This document shows positions 32,227-41,003 of a DNA stretch of 45,524 nucleotides, piece by piece. A program made the position numbers and the translations under genes. How positions within the stretch are numbered: the stretch's first letter is position 1; every line of letters begins with the position of its first letter. The notes under the pieces are model-generated. The model did no database searches and was not told the DNA's origin. It worked only from the letters and a program-made list of their open reading frames with translations. The stretch comes from a virus: IMG/VR virus record IMGVR_UViG_3300029608_000014; one strand, 5' to 3'.

Positions 32227-32817
32227 ATGAAGCGAGATTTTTTGGAAGGACTGGGGCTCGATAAGGATACCGTCGACAAGATCCTTGACGAGAACAGCCG
32301 CGACATCGGCCGGGAGAAGCAAAAAGCGGATCAGGCCAAGGAAGACCTGAACGCCGCCCGGCAGCAGCTGGCCGACCGCGACAAGGACATCGAAGACCTG
32401 CGGAAGTCCAGCGGGGACGCCGAGAGCGTCCGCAAGCAGCTCGAAGACCTTCAGGGCCGGTACACCAAGGAAACCGAGGATTACAAGGCGCAGCTGGCAA
32501 GCCGGGACTACGCCGACGCTATGAACCGCGCGATCACGGCAAAGGGCGTCAAGTTTTCCTCCAAGGCCGCCGAGAAAGCCTACCTTGCCGACCTCAAGGA
32601 AAAGCACCTTGAACTGAAGGACGGCGAGCTGACTGGCTTCGACGAGTGGCACAAGGCCCAGCTCGAAGCAGACCCGACCGCGTTCCAGTCCGACAAGCCC
32701 GCGCCTACATTCGTCAAGCCTGTCGGCCAGGGCGGCGCACCGGCGGCAAAGAGCAAGGGCGCAATGTACGCGCAGCAGTTCAACGCGCAGTTTGCGCAGA
32801 CACCAAACAAGGAGTGA
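32227..32817 (+). CDS. Scaffolding protein (GP20-like)
   Basis: GAAGGAGA SD. Charged coiled-coil. Positioned upstream of the capsid genes. Confidence 0.75.
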   Translation: MKRDFLEGLGLDKDTVDKILDENSRDIGREKQKADQAKEDLNAARQQLADRDKDIEDLRKSSGDAESVRKQLEDLQGRYTKETEDYKAQLASRDYADAMNRAITAKGVKFSSKAAEKAYLADLKEKHLELKDGELTGFDEWHKAQLEADPTAFQSDKPAPTFVKPVGQGGAPAAKSKGAMYAQQFNAQFAQTPNKE

Positions 32818-32825
32818 TTTGAAAA

Positions 32826-33380
32826 ATGTCTATCGTTGTAAACACAAAAGCAGAAGTCAGACCGAACTTCCTCGAAAGCGAAGTCGGCCTCGTTCTGAAA
32901 ACCCGCGAGATCCCCGCGTCGATGGGCGTACAGGACGGCAAATACAAGATCGTCAAGGCCGGTACGCCGTTTCCGTCCGACAACTCGAACGCCGTCGGCA
33001 TCGTGTTTGAGGATATCGATGTGACGGACGGCAATATGCCCGGCTCCGTGATGGTCGCGGGCCGTGTGCTGGCAGACCGCCTGTCGCTGGCTACCGCAGC
33101 CAAGACCGCGCTTTCCGGCAAGGGATTCGCGTTCGTTGACGCGCCGGAGATCACACGCGGCTATACCGTGACTTACGACAAAAACGACGGCACCGGCACG
33201 CCGCCCGTCGACGAGAACGTCTATACGGAGGGTTCCTATGCTGACGTCTCGACCGAATACCCGCTGACCAAGAGCGGCAACACCCAGACCGGCTGGAGCA
33301 CGTCTAAGGGCGGCGAAGCTGTTTCCAAGGTCGAAATGACCGGCAATGTGACCCTGTACCCCGTGTGGACTACGGCCTAA
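32826..33380 (+). CDS. Head decoration / fibre-like protein with a C-terminal Listeria-Bacteroides (InlB B-repeat, Flg_new) domain
   Basis: YTVTYDKNDGTGTPPVDENVYTEGSYADV...KSGNTQTGWSTSKGGEAVSKVEMTGNVTLYPVW fits the repeat consensus. Lies between the scaffold and major capsid genes. Confidence 0.6.
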   Translation: MSIVVNTKAEVRPNFLESEVGLVLKTREIPASMGVQDGKYKIVKAGTPFPSDNSNAVGIVFEDIDVTDGNMPGSVMVAGRVLADRLSLATAAKTALSGKGFAFVDAPEITRGYTVTYDKNDGTGTPPVDENVYTEGSYADVSTEYPLTKSGNTQTGWSTSKGGEAVSKVEMTGNVTLYPVWTTA

Positions 33381-33398
33381 AGAAGGAGGAAAAACACC

Positions 33399-34436
33399 AT
33401 GCCTGACATTCTTGAACTGATTTCCGACGCTGACCGTCTGGATTTCTCGCAGAACATTTCCGTCGCGCGCCCGGCCTACCTCGGAGACCGGCTGTTCCCG
33501 GATCAGAAAACCGAAAGCCTGAAAGCAGAGTACCTGCGCCTTGCAAATGGCGCGCAGATCCCCACGATGGCGACCGTCCACGCCTTTGACACCGAGGCAG
33601 AGATCGCCACGCGCCCCGCGCTCGAAAAGACCGAGGTTGAGAAGCTGTTTATCAAGCGCAAGATCAACCAGTCCGAGCGGGTGCAGCTGCTCAACGAAAA
33701 CGGCGTATATGCCGATAACGCGATCGTGAGCTATGTCTTCGACGATATGCGCCTGATGGCCGATGCGGTCAAGGTCAGAACCGAAGTCGCGAAGATGGAA
33801 GTCATTGCGACCGGCAAAATGACCATCAAGGAAAATAACCTCAACATGACCGTCGATTACGGTGTCCCGTCCGCAAACACCGGGTTTAAGATCGACTTCG
33901 GCCCGGAGACTGATGTTATCGGCCAGCTTCAGGCCATCGCGGATCAGGCGGCAGCCTCCGGCCACGCGCTGAGCGAAATGGTCGTCGGTACGAAGATCCT
34001 GCGCAAGCTCGCGTCCAACAAGGGCATTCAGACCCTCGTGTACGGCACGGTCGGCGCTGGTACATACGTCACCACCGAGAAGCTGCGCAGCCTCTTTACC
34101 GAGCTGTTCGGATTCGGCCAGATCACGACCAACGACCAGCGCTATAAGGCGCAGTCCGCAAACGGCGCGGAAAAGACGTATCGCTTCTTCCCAGAGGACA
34201 AGGTTGCATTCCTGTCCAATGGTACGGCCAATTCCTTCGGCGTTGGCCTGTGGGGCGTGACGCCAGAAGAAAAGGGCTATGGTCCGTACACCGACAAGAG
34301 TGCACAGCAGTATATCACCATTACCCAGTGGGAAACGCCAGACCCGAAGACCACATGGACGAAGGCAAGCGGCTTGTTTATCCCGGTCGTGCCCGATCCT
34401 TACGGCCTGTTCATCGGCGCAGACGTCAGCAAGTAA
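33399..34436 (+). CDS. Major capsid protein (capsid protein E family)
   Basis: AAGGAGGA SD; 345 aa. The N-terminus ...RLDFSQNISVARPAYLGDRLFP is typical of the family. Confidence 0.85.
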   Translation: MPDILELISDADRLDFSQNISVARPAYLGDRLFPDQKTESLKAEYLRLANGAQIPTMATVHAFDTEAEIATRPALEKTEVEKLFIKRKINQSERVQLLNENGVYADNAIVSYVFDDMRLMADAVKVRTEVAKMEVIATGKMTIKENNLNMTVDYGVPSANTGFKIDFGPETDVIGQLQAIADQAAASGHALSEMVVGTKILRKLASNKGIQTLVYGTVGAGTYVTTEKLRSLFTELFGFGQITTNDQRYKAQSANGAEKTYRFFPEDKVAFLSNGTANSFGVGLWGVTPEEKGYGPYTDKSAQQYITITQWETPDPKTTWTKASGLFIPVVPDPYGLFIGADVSK

Positions 34437-34441
34437 AATCG

Positions 34442-34474
34442 AGCCTCCGCGCCTGCATGACGGGTGCGGAGGCT
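34442..34474 (+). promoter_or_regulatory. Hairpin directly after the capsid gene (no T tract)
   Basis: agcctccgc / gcggaggct 9-bp stem. Confidence 0.4.
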
Positions 34475-34494
34475 GACCGGAAGGAGGGCGCAGC

Positions 34495-34911
34495 ATGATC
34501 TACGCCGATTATGAGTTTTACGCGACCGTGTACCGTGGGACGGCGCTGGGCGAAGAGCAATTCTGCGGACTCGCCCGCAAGGCGTCGGCTTATGTCGATT
34601 ACATCACCATGAGCCGCGCGCGCTCCGCCGCCGAGGATAAGCTCGAAGCCGTCCAGAACTGCGTCTGTGCGCTGGCCGAGCTGGAGCAGGACGCCGGAAA
34701 GCTGGACAGCCTCGTCTACACGACCGACCGGCCCGTGTCAAGCGAGACGGTCGGCGGCTGGTCACGCAGCTTCGGTTCGCGCAGCCTGTCGCAGGCAGAT
34801 ATGCAGCGGACGGAGACGCGCCGCCGCGAGATCGTGCTGGCGTACCTCGGGCCGACCGGATTACTCAAAGCAAGGGGGTATGGGCCGTGTCCATGTTCCC
34901 CCACACCGTAA
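34495..34911 (+). CDS. Head-tail connector/adaptor protein
   Basis: GGAAGGAGGG SD. Position and size fit. YADYEFY...ALGEEQF N-terminus is typical of gp6-like adaptors. Confidence 0.6.
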   Translation: MIYADYEFYATVYRGTALGEEQFCGLARKASAYVDYITMSRARSAAEDKLEAVQNCVCALAELEQDAGKLDSLVYTTDRPVSSETVGGWSRSFGSRSLSQADMQRTETRRREIVLAYLGPTGLLKARGYGPCPCSPTP

Positions 34912-35348
34912 CCATCTACAACGTCTCGCAGGAGACAGACCAGGCGACGTTCAAGGATGTGGAGAAGACCTATATCACAGTCATGCGCGGCGTTCTGCTG
35001 GAAGCCTCCAAGGCGGCCAACGTCCGCCAGAGCGGGCTTGAAGGCGCGGACGCAGTGAATCTGTATATCCCGTTCTCCACGCCCGCTGTGGATGGCGTGA
35101 CGGGCGCAGAAAAGCGCTACGTCGGCCCGCAGGAATTCTGGCGGGCAGCCGATAAAAGCGGCCTGTGGACGCTTTCCACGGACGGCAACGGCGGCACGAC
35201 CTTTTTTATCAAAGGTGAAGTCGTAGAGCCGGACAAAACCGAGCAGACGCTAGAAATGCTCTATGACGACGTTTACAAGGTTACGAAGGTCGACCGGAAG
35301 GACTACGGCAGCGCCGACATGAGACACTTTGAGGTCGGAGGAGCCTGA
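34887..35348 (+). CDS. Head-tail joining protein (minor-capsid-1-like)
   Basis: GTG 34887 or ATG 34893. MFPHTVTIYN N-terminus. Confidence 0.55.
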   Translation: MSMFPHTVTIYNVSQETDQATFKDVEKTYITVMRGVLLEASKAANVRQSGLEGADAVNLYIPFSTPAVDGVTGAEKRYVGPQEFWRAADKSGLWTLSTDGNGGTTFFIKGEVVEPDKTEQTLEMLYDDVYKVTKVDRKDYGSADMRHFEVGGA

Positions 35349-35349
35349 T

Positions 35350-35760
35350 ATGCTGAAATTCAGCGTAAAAGCAGACGGATTTGACGAACTGCATGAGGCA
35401 ATCGCGACAGCATGCACCAAAGCGGAGCACGCTGTTGCACTTCAGGCAAGAAAGGACACGGCCCCATATGTACCGTTCCTGACCGGCTCCCTCGACCGCA
35501 GAACACAGGTCGAAGGAAACACGATTATCTACCACGGCCCATACGCGCGGTTCCTGTACTACGGAAAAGTCATGGTAGACCCGGAGACCGGCAGCACTTA
35601 CGCGCCGAAGGGCGGGACAAAGGTAGTGACCGACAAGAATCTTGTGTTCAATACGTCCGGACACAATCAGGCGCAATCGCACTGGTTCGAGGCGTCAAAG
35701 GCCGAAAATCTTGATAAATGGCTCCGCGTAGCGGACAAGGCGGTGAAGAATGGACTCTGA
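35350..35760 (+). CDS. Head-tail joining protein (minor-capsid-2-like)
   Basis: TAPYVPFLTGSLD...GPYARFLYYG...QAQSHWFEASKAEN. Confidence 0.6.
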   Translation: MLKFSVKADGFDELHEAIATACTKAEHAVALQARKDTAPYVPFLTGSLDRRTQVEGNTIIYHGPYARFLYYGKVMVDPETGSTYAPKGGTKVVTDKNLVFNTSGHNQAQSHWFEASKAENLDKWLRVADKAVKNGL

Positions 35761-36205
35761 AAAGCAGAAAAGGCTGGTATCTGCGGAGGAAGAGCAGGAT
35801 ATCTCCCGGAAGATGATGATCTGGGCGAATTCCTTCTCGGACGACGACATGTCGGCCGCAACGATCAACTATGAATTTCTCGCTGCGGATTCTGCAAGTA
35901 TGGCGCTGTCCACTATTCAGGGCGCGTATATCACACGAAAATTCATCCTCGGCGGACACGAGGCGGAATACCAATTCAAGATCATCGCCCGCATCATCCC
36001 CGGCAGCAGCAACGACAAGCGCCTGAAATGCGACGCCATGCTGAACCGGTTCGGGGATTGGGCAATGCAGAACCCGCCGGATCTGGGCGACGGCATGCGC
36101 GTCCGCCGCATGGAAGCAGTCAGCCGCGCGGCCCTGTACGCCCGGTACGAGGACGGCACGGAAGACCACCAGATTTTAATGAAACTGACATATGAGGTGA
36201 TTTAA
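35750..36205 (+). CDS. Tail completion / minor-capsid-3-like protein
   Basis: Position between the joining proteins and the major tail protein. Confidence 0.5.
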   Translation: MDSEKQKRLVSAEEEQDISRKMMIWANSFSDDDMSAATINYEFLAADSASMALSTIQGAYITRKFILGGHEAEYQFKIIARIIPGSSNDKRLKCDAMLNRFGDWAMQNPPDLGDGMRVRRMEAVSRAALYARYEDGTEDHQILMKLTYEVI

Positions 36206-36207
36206 CT

Positions 36208-36738
36208 ATGGCAGAAGTTACTTTTAACACAACCGCCGGTCAGACCATCGACCGGGAGCTGCTGATCGCATATCTGAACACCGGCGAGTCCTCGACGCCC
36301 GTATGGTCGCCGTTCGGAACACGCGTCACAGACTCCAGCATGGAGTACGACTGGCAGGAGGATTCCAGCAAGGACATCCTCGGCACGACCAGAACCACCA
36401 TGAAAAAACCGATCATCACGCAGAGCTTTGACCCGTGCGACCTTGACGCGGGCGACGCGGCGCTGAAGAAAATCTGGGATCTGGCAATCAAGCAGCAGAA
36501 CGCAGCCGCACTGGCGAATCAGGACGTGCTGATCGTCCATCATTATGCAGGAACGGCCAAGACGGCAGTCTTCGCGGAGCGCTACGACGCGTCTATGGTC
36601 AAGCCGTCCAGCCTCGGCGGCGAGGGCGGCGGCTCGGTAGGTATGCCCATCGACGTGACGCTCGGCGGCAAACGCACGACCGGCACGGCGGCGGTTGGCG
36701 CCAACGGGGCTATTACCTTCACGCCAGACGCAGCGTAA
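36208..36738 (+). CDS. Major tail protein
   Basis: GAGGTGA SD; 176 aa; immediately upstream of the chaperone genes and the TMP. Confidence 0.75.
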   Translation: MAEVTFNTTAGQTIDRELLIAYLNTGESSTPVWSPFGTRVTDSSMEYDWQEDSSKDILGTTRTTMKKPIITQSFDPCDLDAGDAALKKIWDLAIKQQNAAALANQDVLIVHHYAGTAKTAVFAERYDASMVKPSSLGGEGGGSVGMPIDVTLGGKRTTGTAAVGANGAITFTPDAA

Positions 36739-36750
36739 GGAGGAATCGCA

Positions 36751-37197
36751 ATGCCTGAAATCAAATTTGAAACCGGTATCGTATCGTTCAAGCTGAACGA
36801 CGCGGCGGAAGTCTCCTTCAACCCGACCGACAGCGCATTTGTAGAACAGATCTTCAACACCTTTGACGAGCTGGACAGGAAGCAGGAGGCGTATAAGGCC
36901 GAAGTCGACCACTGCGCGGACAAGAAGGAGATTTTCGCCATTGCCCGCCGCCGCGACGCGGAAATGCGGGACATGATCGACGGCCTGTTTGCCAAGCCTG
37001 TCTGCGCAGACCTGTTCGGCACTATGAACGTCTACGCGCTGGCAGACGGCCTGCCAGTATGGTGCAACCTCATGCTGGCCGTGATCGATCAGATCGACAC
37101 GAGCTTCGCGGCAGAGCAGAAGAAGACCAACCCGAGGATTGCGAAATATACAGATAGATGGAAAACGCGCAGGCCCCCTGTTCGCGAAATATATTGA
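36751..37197 (+). CDS. Tail assembly chaperone (G-like)
   Basis: AAGGAGGA SD. Canonical position. The C-terminal ~10 aa may be affected by a frame problem (see findings). Confidence 0.7.
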   Translation: MPEIKFETGIVSFKLNDAAEVSFNPTDSAFVEQIFNTFDELDRKQEAYKAEVDHCADKKEIFAIARRRDAEMRDMIDGLFAKPVCADLFGTMNVYALADGLPVWCNLMLAVIDQIDTSFAAEQKKTNPRIAKYTDRWKTRRPPVREIY

Positions 37198-37200
37198 TAG

Positions 37201-37785
37201 ATGGGGAAAGTGATCTATTCCCTGCCGACCTCTGTTGAGGTCGACGGAACAGAATACGCGATCCAATCTGATTACCGCGCAATCCTCGATATCCTCGTAG
37301 CCCTGACAGACAGGGAACTGAACGAGCGGGATAAGGCGGAAGCGGCGCTGACCATCTTCTATCCCGACTTCGAAGAAATGCCCGCCAGCGACTATCAGGA
37401 AGCCCTGAACCAGTGCTTCCGCTTCATCGACCACGGGCAGGAGAATCGAGAGAAGAGAAAGCAGCCAGAGATCATGTCATGGGCGCAGGACTTTGATCTT
37501 TATATTGCGCCTATCAACCGAATCGCGGGCTGCGAGGTCAGGGCGCTGGAATACCTGCATTGGTATTCGTTTCTATCGTACTATCAAGAAATCGGAGATT
37601 GCCTGTATGCACAGGTGGTTTCTATCCGCGATAAAAAGGCCAGAGGGAAGAGCCTCGACAAACAGGAGAGGGATTTCTACCGGCGCAACCGGGATATCGT
37701 CGATCTGAAGACAACATACTCGGAGGCCGAAGCCGACCTGCTTGCCGTATGGGGAGTCGGGACAAAAAACAGCCGCCCCGGTTAA
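37201..37785 (+). CDS. Gp15-like tail chaperone partner (T-like), possibly made only as a fusion
   Basis: ATG 37201 has no SD. It lies in the same frame as the upstream ORF, separated from it by TGA TAG. YAIQSDYRAILDIL fits Gp15-type proteins (from memory). Confidence 0.65.
   Translation: MGKVIYSLPTSVEVDGTEYAIQSDYRAILDILVALTDRELNERDKAEAALTIFYPDFEEMPASDYQEALNQCFRFIDHGQENREKRKQPEIMSWAQDFDLYIAPINRIAGCEVRALEYLHWYSFLSYYQEIGDCLYAQVVSIRDKKARGKSLDKQERDFYRRNRDIVDLKTTYSEAEADLLAVWGVGTKNSRPG
37204..37210 (+). promoter_or_regulatory. Lambda-type -1 slippery heptamer G_GGA_AAG followed by TGA
   Basis: In frame 2 the sequence reads tgg gga aag tga (37202-37213). A -1 slip gives GGG AAA GTG, which is the 37201 ORF frame. 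Confidence 0.5.
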
Positions 37786-37793
37786 GGGGCGGC
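37762..37793 (-). terminator. Intrinsic terminator of the reverse-strand moron (overlaps the 3' end of the Gp15-like gene)
   Basis: gccgcccc / ggggcggc stem with a 6-nt loop, followed on the minus strand by TGTTTTTTG. Confidence 0.7.
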
Positions 37794-37805
37794 AGCAGGA
37801 AAAAC

Positions 37806-38648
37806 TTATTTTTTATACTCGAAAACGATTTCGCTACCCCAGAAGCTTGGAGAGAATCGAATCTCGATCTCACTCCAATCCTGCGGCGCTTCATATCCGA
37901 CGACACCTTTCATTTTCTTCCCGGCGGCAATCGTGCCGTCAAGCTGCGGCTCGTCGGAACTCATCATCGCGGTGAGGCTGAGGCTGGTTGTATAGCCATC
38001 AATGTAGCTTTCGAATGAAAGCATGGTGCTGGACGCAATATCGCGGGATGAATTGTTTTCGATCTCGAATTCGCACAGAACAAAGACCTTTCCATCATCC
38101 GGCGAGACGTAATTTTGGCCGGAATTCTCGGTAACACTGAGCAACGTGACCGCCACGCCGTCTAGAACGACCTGATCCCCAACGCCAAATGTTTCAGGCC
38201 CGGAATCGGATTGCTGCGGCGGCTGCTGCGAAGAAGAAACTGAGGTTCCGACCTTTTTCGGCTTGGAGGACGATCCGCAGGAAGCAAAGGCCGCGCCAAT
38301 AAAGACGAAAAGACAGAGGAATACGATTAAAGCCGTCAGGCAGCCGCTGGGGCGTTTCGCCTGCTTTTTGGTTTTTAGCCCGCCAACAACGTCAACGCGG
38401 TTCGAGGCGTTAATCTTGATGGTAAAAAACGCATTCTGTTGCCCTTCGGCAATGGTAAAGGATATGGTTTTATCCAGACGGCGATACCGGTAAAAAGAAA
38501 GTTCATGCTGGCCCGGAGCGGCCACAGCTCGAAGTTCTTCACCGTTTTTCAGCGTGCCGACATCACAGCCATCCAATGCAATGCCGACGGTCAGGCCAGA
38601 ACCGTAAAAAGAATTGTCCCGGCTAATTTGGATAATGCAATCACTCAT
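37806..38648 (-). CDS. Reverse-strand moron: bitopic membrane protein with a C-terminal DUF4352-like extracellular beta-sandwich
   Basis: ATG 38648 follows AAGGAGGG. A ~95-aa N-terminal domain is followed by the TM LTALIVFLCLFVFIGAAFASC and a Ser/Gln/Pro linker. The C-terminal region FGVGDQVVLDGVAVTLLSV...GKVFVLCEFEIENNS...AGKKMKGVVGYEAP fits DUF4352 (from memory). Confidence 0.8.
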   Translation of the reverse strand: MSDCIIQISRDNSFYGSGLTVGIALDGCDVGTLKNGEELRAVAAPGQHELSFYRYRRLDKTISFTIAEGQQNAFFTIKINASNRVDVVGGLKTKKQAKRPSGCLTALIVFLCLFVFIGAAFASCGSSSKPKKVGTSVSSSQQPPQQSDSGPETFGVGDQVVLDGVAVTLLSVTENSGQNYVSPDDGKVFVLCEFEIENNSSRDIASSTMLSFESYIDGYTTSLSLTAMMSSDEPQLDGTIAAGKKMKGVVGYEAPQDWSEIEIRFSPSFWGSEIVFEYKK

Positions 38649-38669
38649 ATTTCTTCCCTCCTTACTTGG

Positions 38670-38698
38670 AAGATAACACAAATAATGACAAAAATCAA
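38670..38698 (-). promoter_or_regulatory. Promoter of the moron (TTGATT-17 nt-TGT-TATCTT)
   Basis: The minus strand has TTGATT at 38698-38693 and TATCTT at 38675-38670, with an extended TG. Confidence 0.55.
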
Positions 38699-38717
38699 CC
38701 GAAAAGGTGGCGAAAAT

Positions 38718-41003
38718 ATGGCAGATGGGAAAATTGTGGTCACCGTCGACGCGGACGCGAAAAAGGCACAGAAAGAGCTGGATACGCTGTCTGCGAAAAT
38801 CGACAAGATGGAAGCAAAGCTGAACGAGGACACCGGAACGCAGAGCGGGCTTAAAAAGGAGCTGGACGCTGCGCTTCAGTCCGCAAAGCAGACGGAAGAC
38901 GCGCTGAAATCGCTCCGCTCGGAGGCTGACCGCCTAAAGGGCATCACGTCCGGAAGCGCTTCGGCTAATCCAGCGGAGTACATAGACGCTTATTCTCGAC
39001 AGGCGGAGGTTGCTGCGCAGATCAAAGAGCAGGAACAGCTGCTGGTGCAGCAAAACAAAACGGCGGAAAAGCTTGGGAGTCAATATGCAAAGATCACCGA
39101 CAAGGTGATAACCCAGACTGATGCGCTTGACGCTGCAAAGGCTAAAGCCGGAGAGCTGGTGCAGCAGATCACAGACGCCAGCGGAGCCTCGGCCCGCATG
39201 GCCGAAGCGTCGGCGCGCGTCGAAAAAAGCATGAATAAATTCGGGAGAAGATTAAGCGGGGTACTGAGGAGCGCGCTGGTCTTTACTGTCCTGTCCCGCG
39301 GCCTTTCCCAGCTGCGCAGCTGGCTCGGGGAGACGATCATGCAGAATGAGGCGGCCCGTGCATCTATCGCGCAGCTGAAAGCAGCTCTTCTGACGCTTGC
39401 ACAGCCGATCCTCGAAGTCGTGATCCCGGTTTTTGTGAAGCTGGTCAACATTCTGGCACAAGTCGTGACGGCAATCGCAAAGTTTTTCGGTATGCTGTCC
39501 GGGAAAAGCTGGAGCGCGCAGGTATCTGCTGCGAAGGGACTGAACGCCGAGAAAGAGGCGCTGGAGGGCGTAGGTTCTGCCGCAGAAGACGCAAGCAAAA
39601 GCATGGCCGGATTTGACGAGATCAACCAGATCACCAGCAATCAGGCGTCCGGCGGCGGAGGCGGGGCGGGCGGCGCTGCCGACTCGAGCGGGATCACGCC
39701 AGATTTCTCGAATCTGGATCTTGCCGAAGATAAGCTGAACGACATCCTCGGCATTGTCGGCGCGATCGCGGCCGGACTGCTCGCGTGGAAGATCGCCAGC
39801 ATGTTTACAGACAGCTTAAGCAAGATCGGCGGCATCGCACTTGCGGCCGCAGGCGCGTTTGCCCTTGTCTATTTCTGGCTGGACGCATGGAACAACGGTA
39901 TCGACTTGACTAATTTTCTCGGGATGCTCGCCGGGCTTGCTGCCCTTGCTGGCGGACTCGCAATTGCATTCGGGCCGACCGCTGCGGCAATCGCTCTCGT
40001 GGTAGGTGGCCTTGCGATGTTAGTCGTCGGGATCAAAGATGTGATCGAAAACGGCTTTACGCTGGAAAACACACTGACCATCATCGCCGGACTGCTTGCC
40101 GCCGGTATCGGGATCAGCATCCTGACGGGCAGCTGGATTCCACTCCTGATTGCGGGATTTGTTGCCGCTTTGGTTGCACTTGTTTCCTTTACCGGGCACG
40201 GGGAAGAGCTGATTCAAGGGCTGAAAAAAATCATAGACGGATTCGGGAAGTTCTTCAAGGGCGTGTTTACGGGAGACCTGAAACTTGCAGCGGAAGGTGC
40301 AAAGCAGATCTGGGAAGGGCTTAAGCAGACGTGGAACGCGATTGTAAACTCCATCAAGGACGCGTGGAACGCATTTATTACATGGCTGCAGGGTAAGAAC
40401 CCGGCACTTGCTGCGATTTTTGAAACGATCGGAAAGCTGTTCTCCGACCAGTACAACGCATGGAAAAAGATCCTCAGCGGCCTTATTACCTTCCTGACCG
40501 GCGTATTCACCGGAGACTGGAAGAAAGCATGGAACGGTGTCCTGGATATTCTGAAAGGCGTTTGGAATCTCATTGTCGGTACGGTCGAAGGCGCGATTAA
40601 CTTCGTTATAGATGGCATCAACTTCCTTATTTCCAAGCTTAACACGATTCAGATCAACGTTCCGGACTGGGTTCCGAAGATTGGCGGCATGACGTACGGC
40701 ATAAACATTCCACCTGTTACGCGAGTATCTCTCCCCCGCCTCGCGTCTGGCGCGGTCATCCCGCCGAACCGGGAGTTTATGGCTGTGCTGGGAGACCAGA
40801 AGAGCGGGACGAACATCGAAACGCCGCTTGCCACAATGGTGCAGGCGTTCAAGCAGGCCATGAACGAAACGGGCGGCATGGGCGGCAGACAGATCACGGT
40901 TGTTATGCAGCTCGACCACAGAGAACTTGGACGCGCGGTGTATAACCTTAACAACGAGGAAACACAGCGCGTCGGAGTGAAGCTTGCGGGGGTGAAGGCA
41001 TGA
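38718..41003 (+). CDS. Tape measure protein
   Basis: ATG 38718 follows AAAGGTGG. 761 aa with an N-terminal coiled coil, a Gly-rich segment and several hydrophobic helices. The track's upstream extension is antisense to the moron. Confidence 0.9.
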   Translation: MADGKIVVTVDADAKKAQKELDTLSAKIDKMEAKLNEDTGTQSGLKKELDAALQSAKQTEDALKSLRSEADRLKGITSGSASANPAEYIDAYSRQAEVAAQIKEQEQLLVQQNKTAEKLGSQYAKITDKVITQTDALDAAKAKAGELVQQITDASGASARMAEASARVEKSMNKFGRRLSGVLRSALVFTVLSRGLSQLRSWLGETIMQNEAARASIAQLKAALLTLAQPILEVVIPVFVKLVNILAQVVTAIAKFFGMLSGKSWSAQVSAAKGLNAEKEALEGVGSAAEDASKSMAGFDEINQITSNQASGGGGGAGGAADSSGITPDFSNLDLAEDKLNDILGIVGAIAAGLLAWKIASMFTDSLSKIGGIALAAAGAFALVYFWLDAWNNGIDLTNFLGMLAGLAALAGGLAIAFGPTAAAIALVVGGLAMLVVGIKDVIENGFTLENTLTIIAGLLAAGIGISILTGSWIPLLIAGFVAALVALVSFTGHGEELIQGLKKIIDGFGKFFKGVFTGDLKLAAEGAKQIWEGLKQTWNAIVNSIKDAWNAFITWLQGKNPALAAIFETIGKLFSDQYNAWKKILSGLITFLTGVFTGDWKKAWNGVLDILKGVWNLIVGTVEGAINFVIDGINFLISKLNTIQINVPDWVPKIGGMTYGINIPPVTRVSLPRLASGAVIPPNREFMAVLGDQKSGTNIETPLATMVQAFKQAMNETGGMGGRQITVVMQLDHRELGRAVYNLNNEETQRVGVKLAGVKA

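Noticed and set aside
32580-34496. 638-aa minus-strand ORF covering the scaffold, decoration and major capsid genes. Similar long antisense ORFs lie at 6031-7191, 7868-9118, 17992-19149, 36202-37434 and 40020-41006.
   Set aside because: All are antisense to genes with recognisable families, SD sites and operon packing. They are Arg/Ala/Gly-rich products typical of GC-rich shadow frames.
37195-37200. Stop-codon read-through joining the chaperone ORF and the Gp15-like ORF, which are in the same frame
   Set aside because: Two consecutive stops (TGA TAG) make read-through implausible. The nearby GGGAAAG-TGA cassette suggests a frameshift mechanism or a 1-nt indel instead.
38439-38717. N-terminal extension of the tape measure ORF, and similar upstream extensions in the ORF track at 1982, 505, 900, 1234, 3959, 21983, 28729 and 42650
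   Set aside because: The extensions overlap neighbouring genes or run antisense to the moron. Internal start codons with good SD sites at gene boundaries fit the operon packing better.
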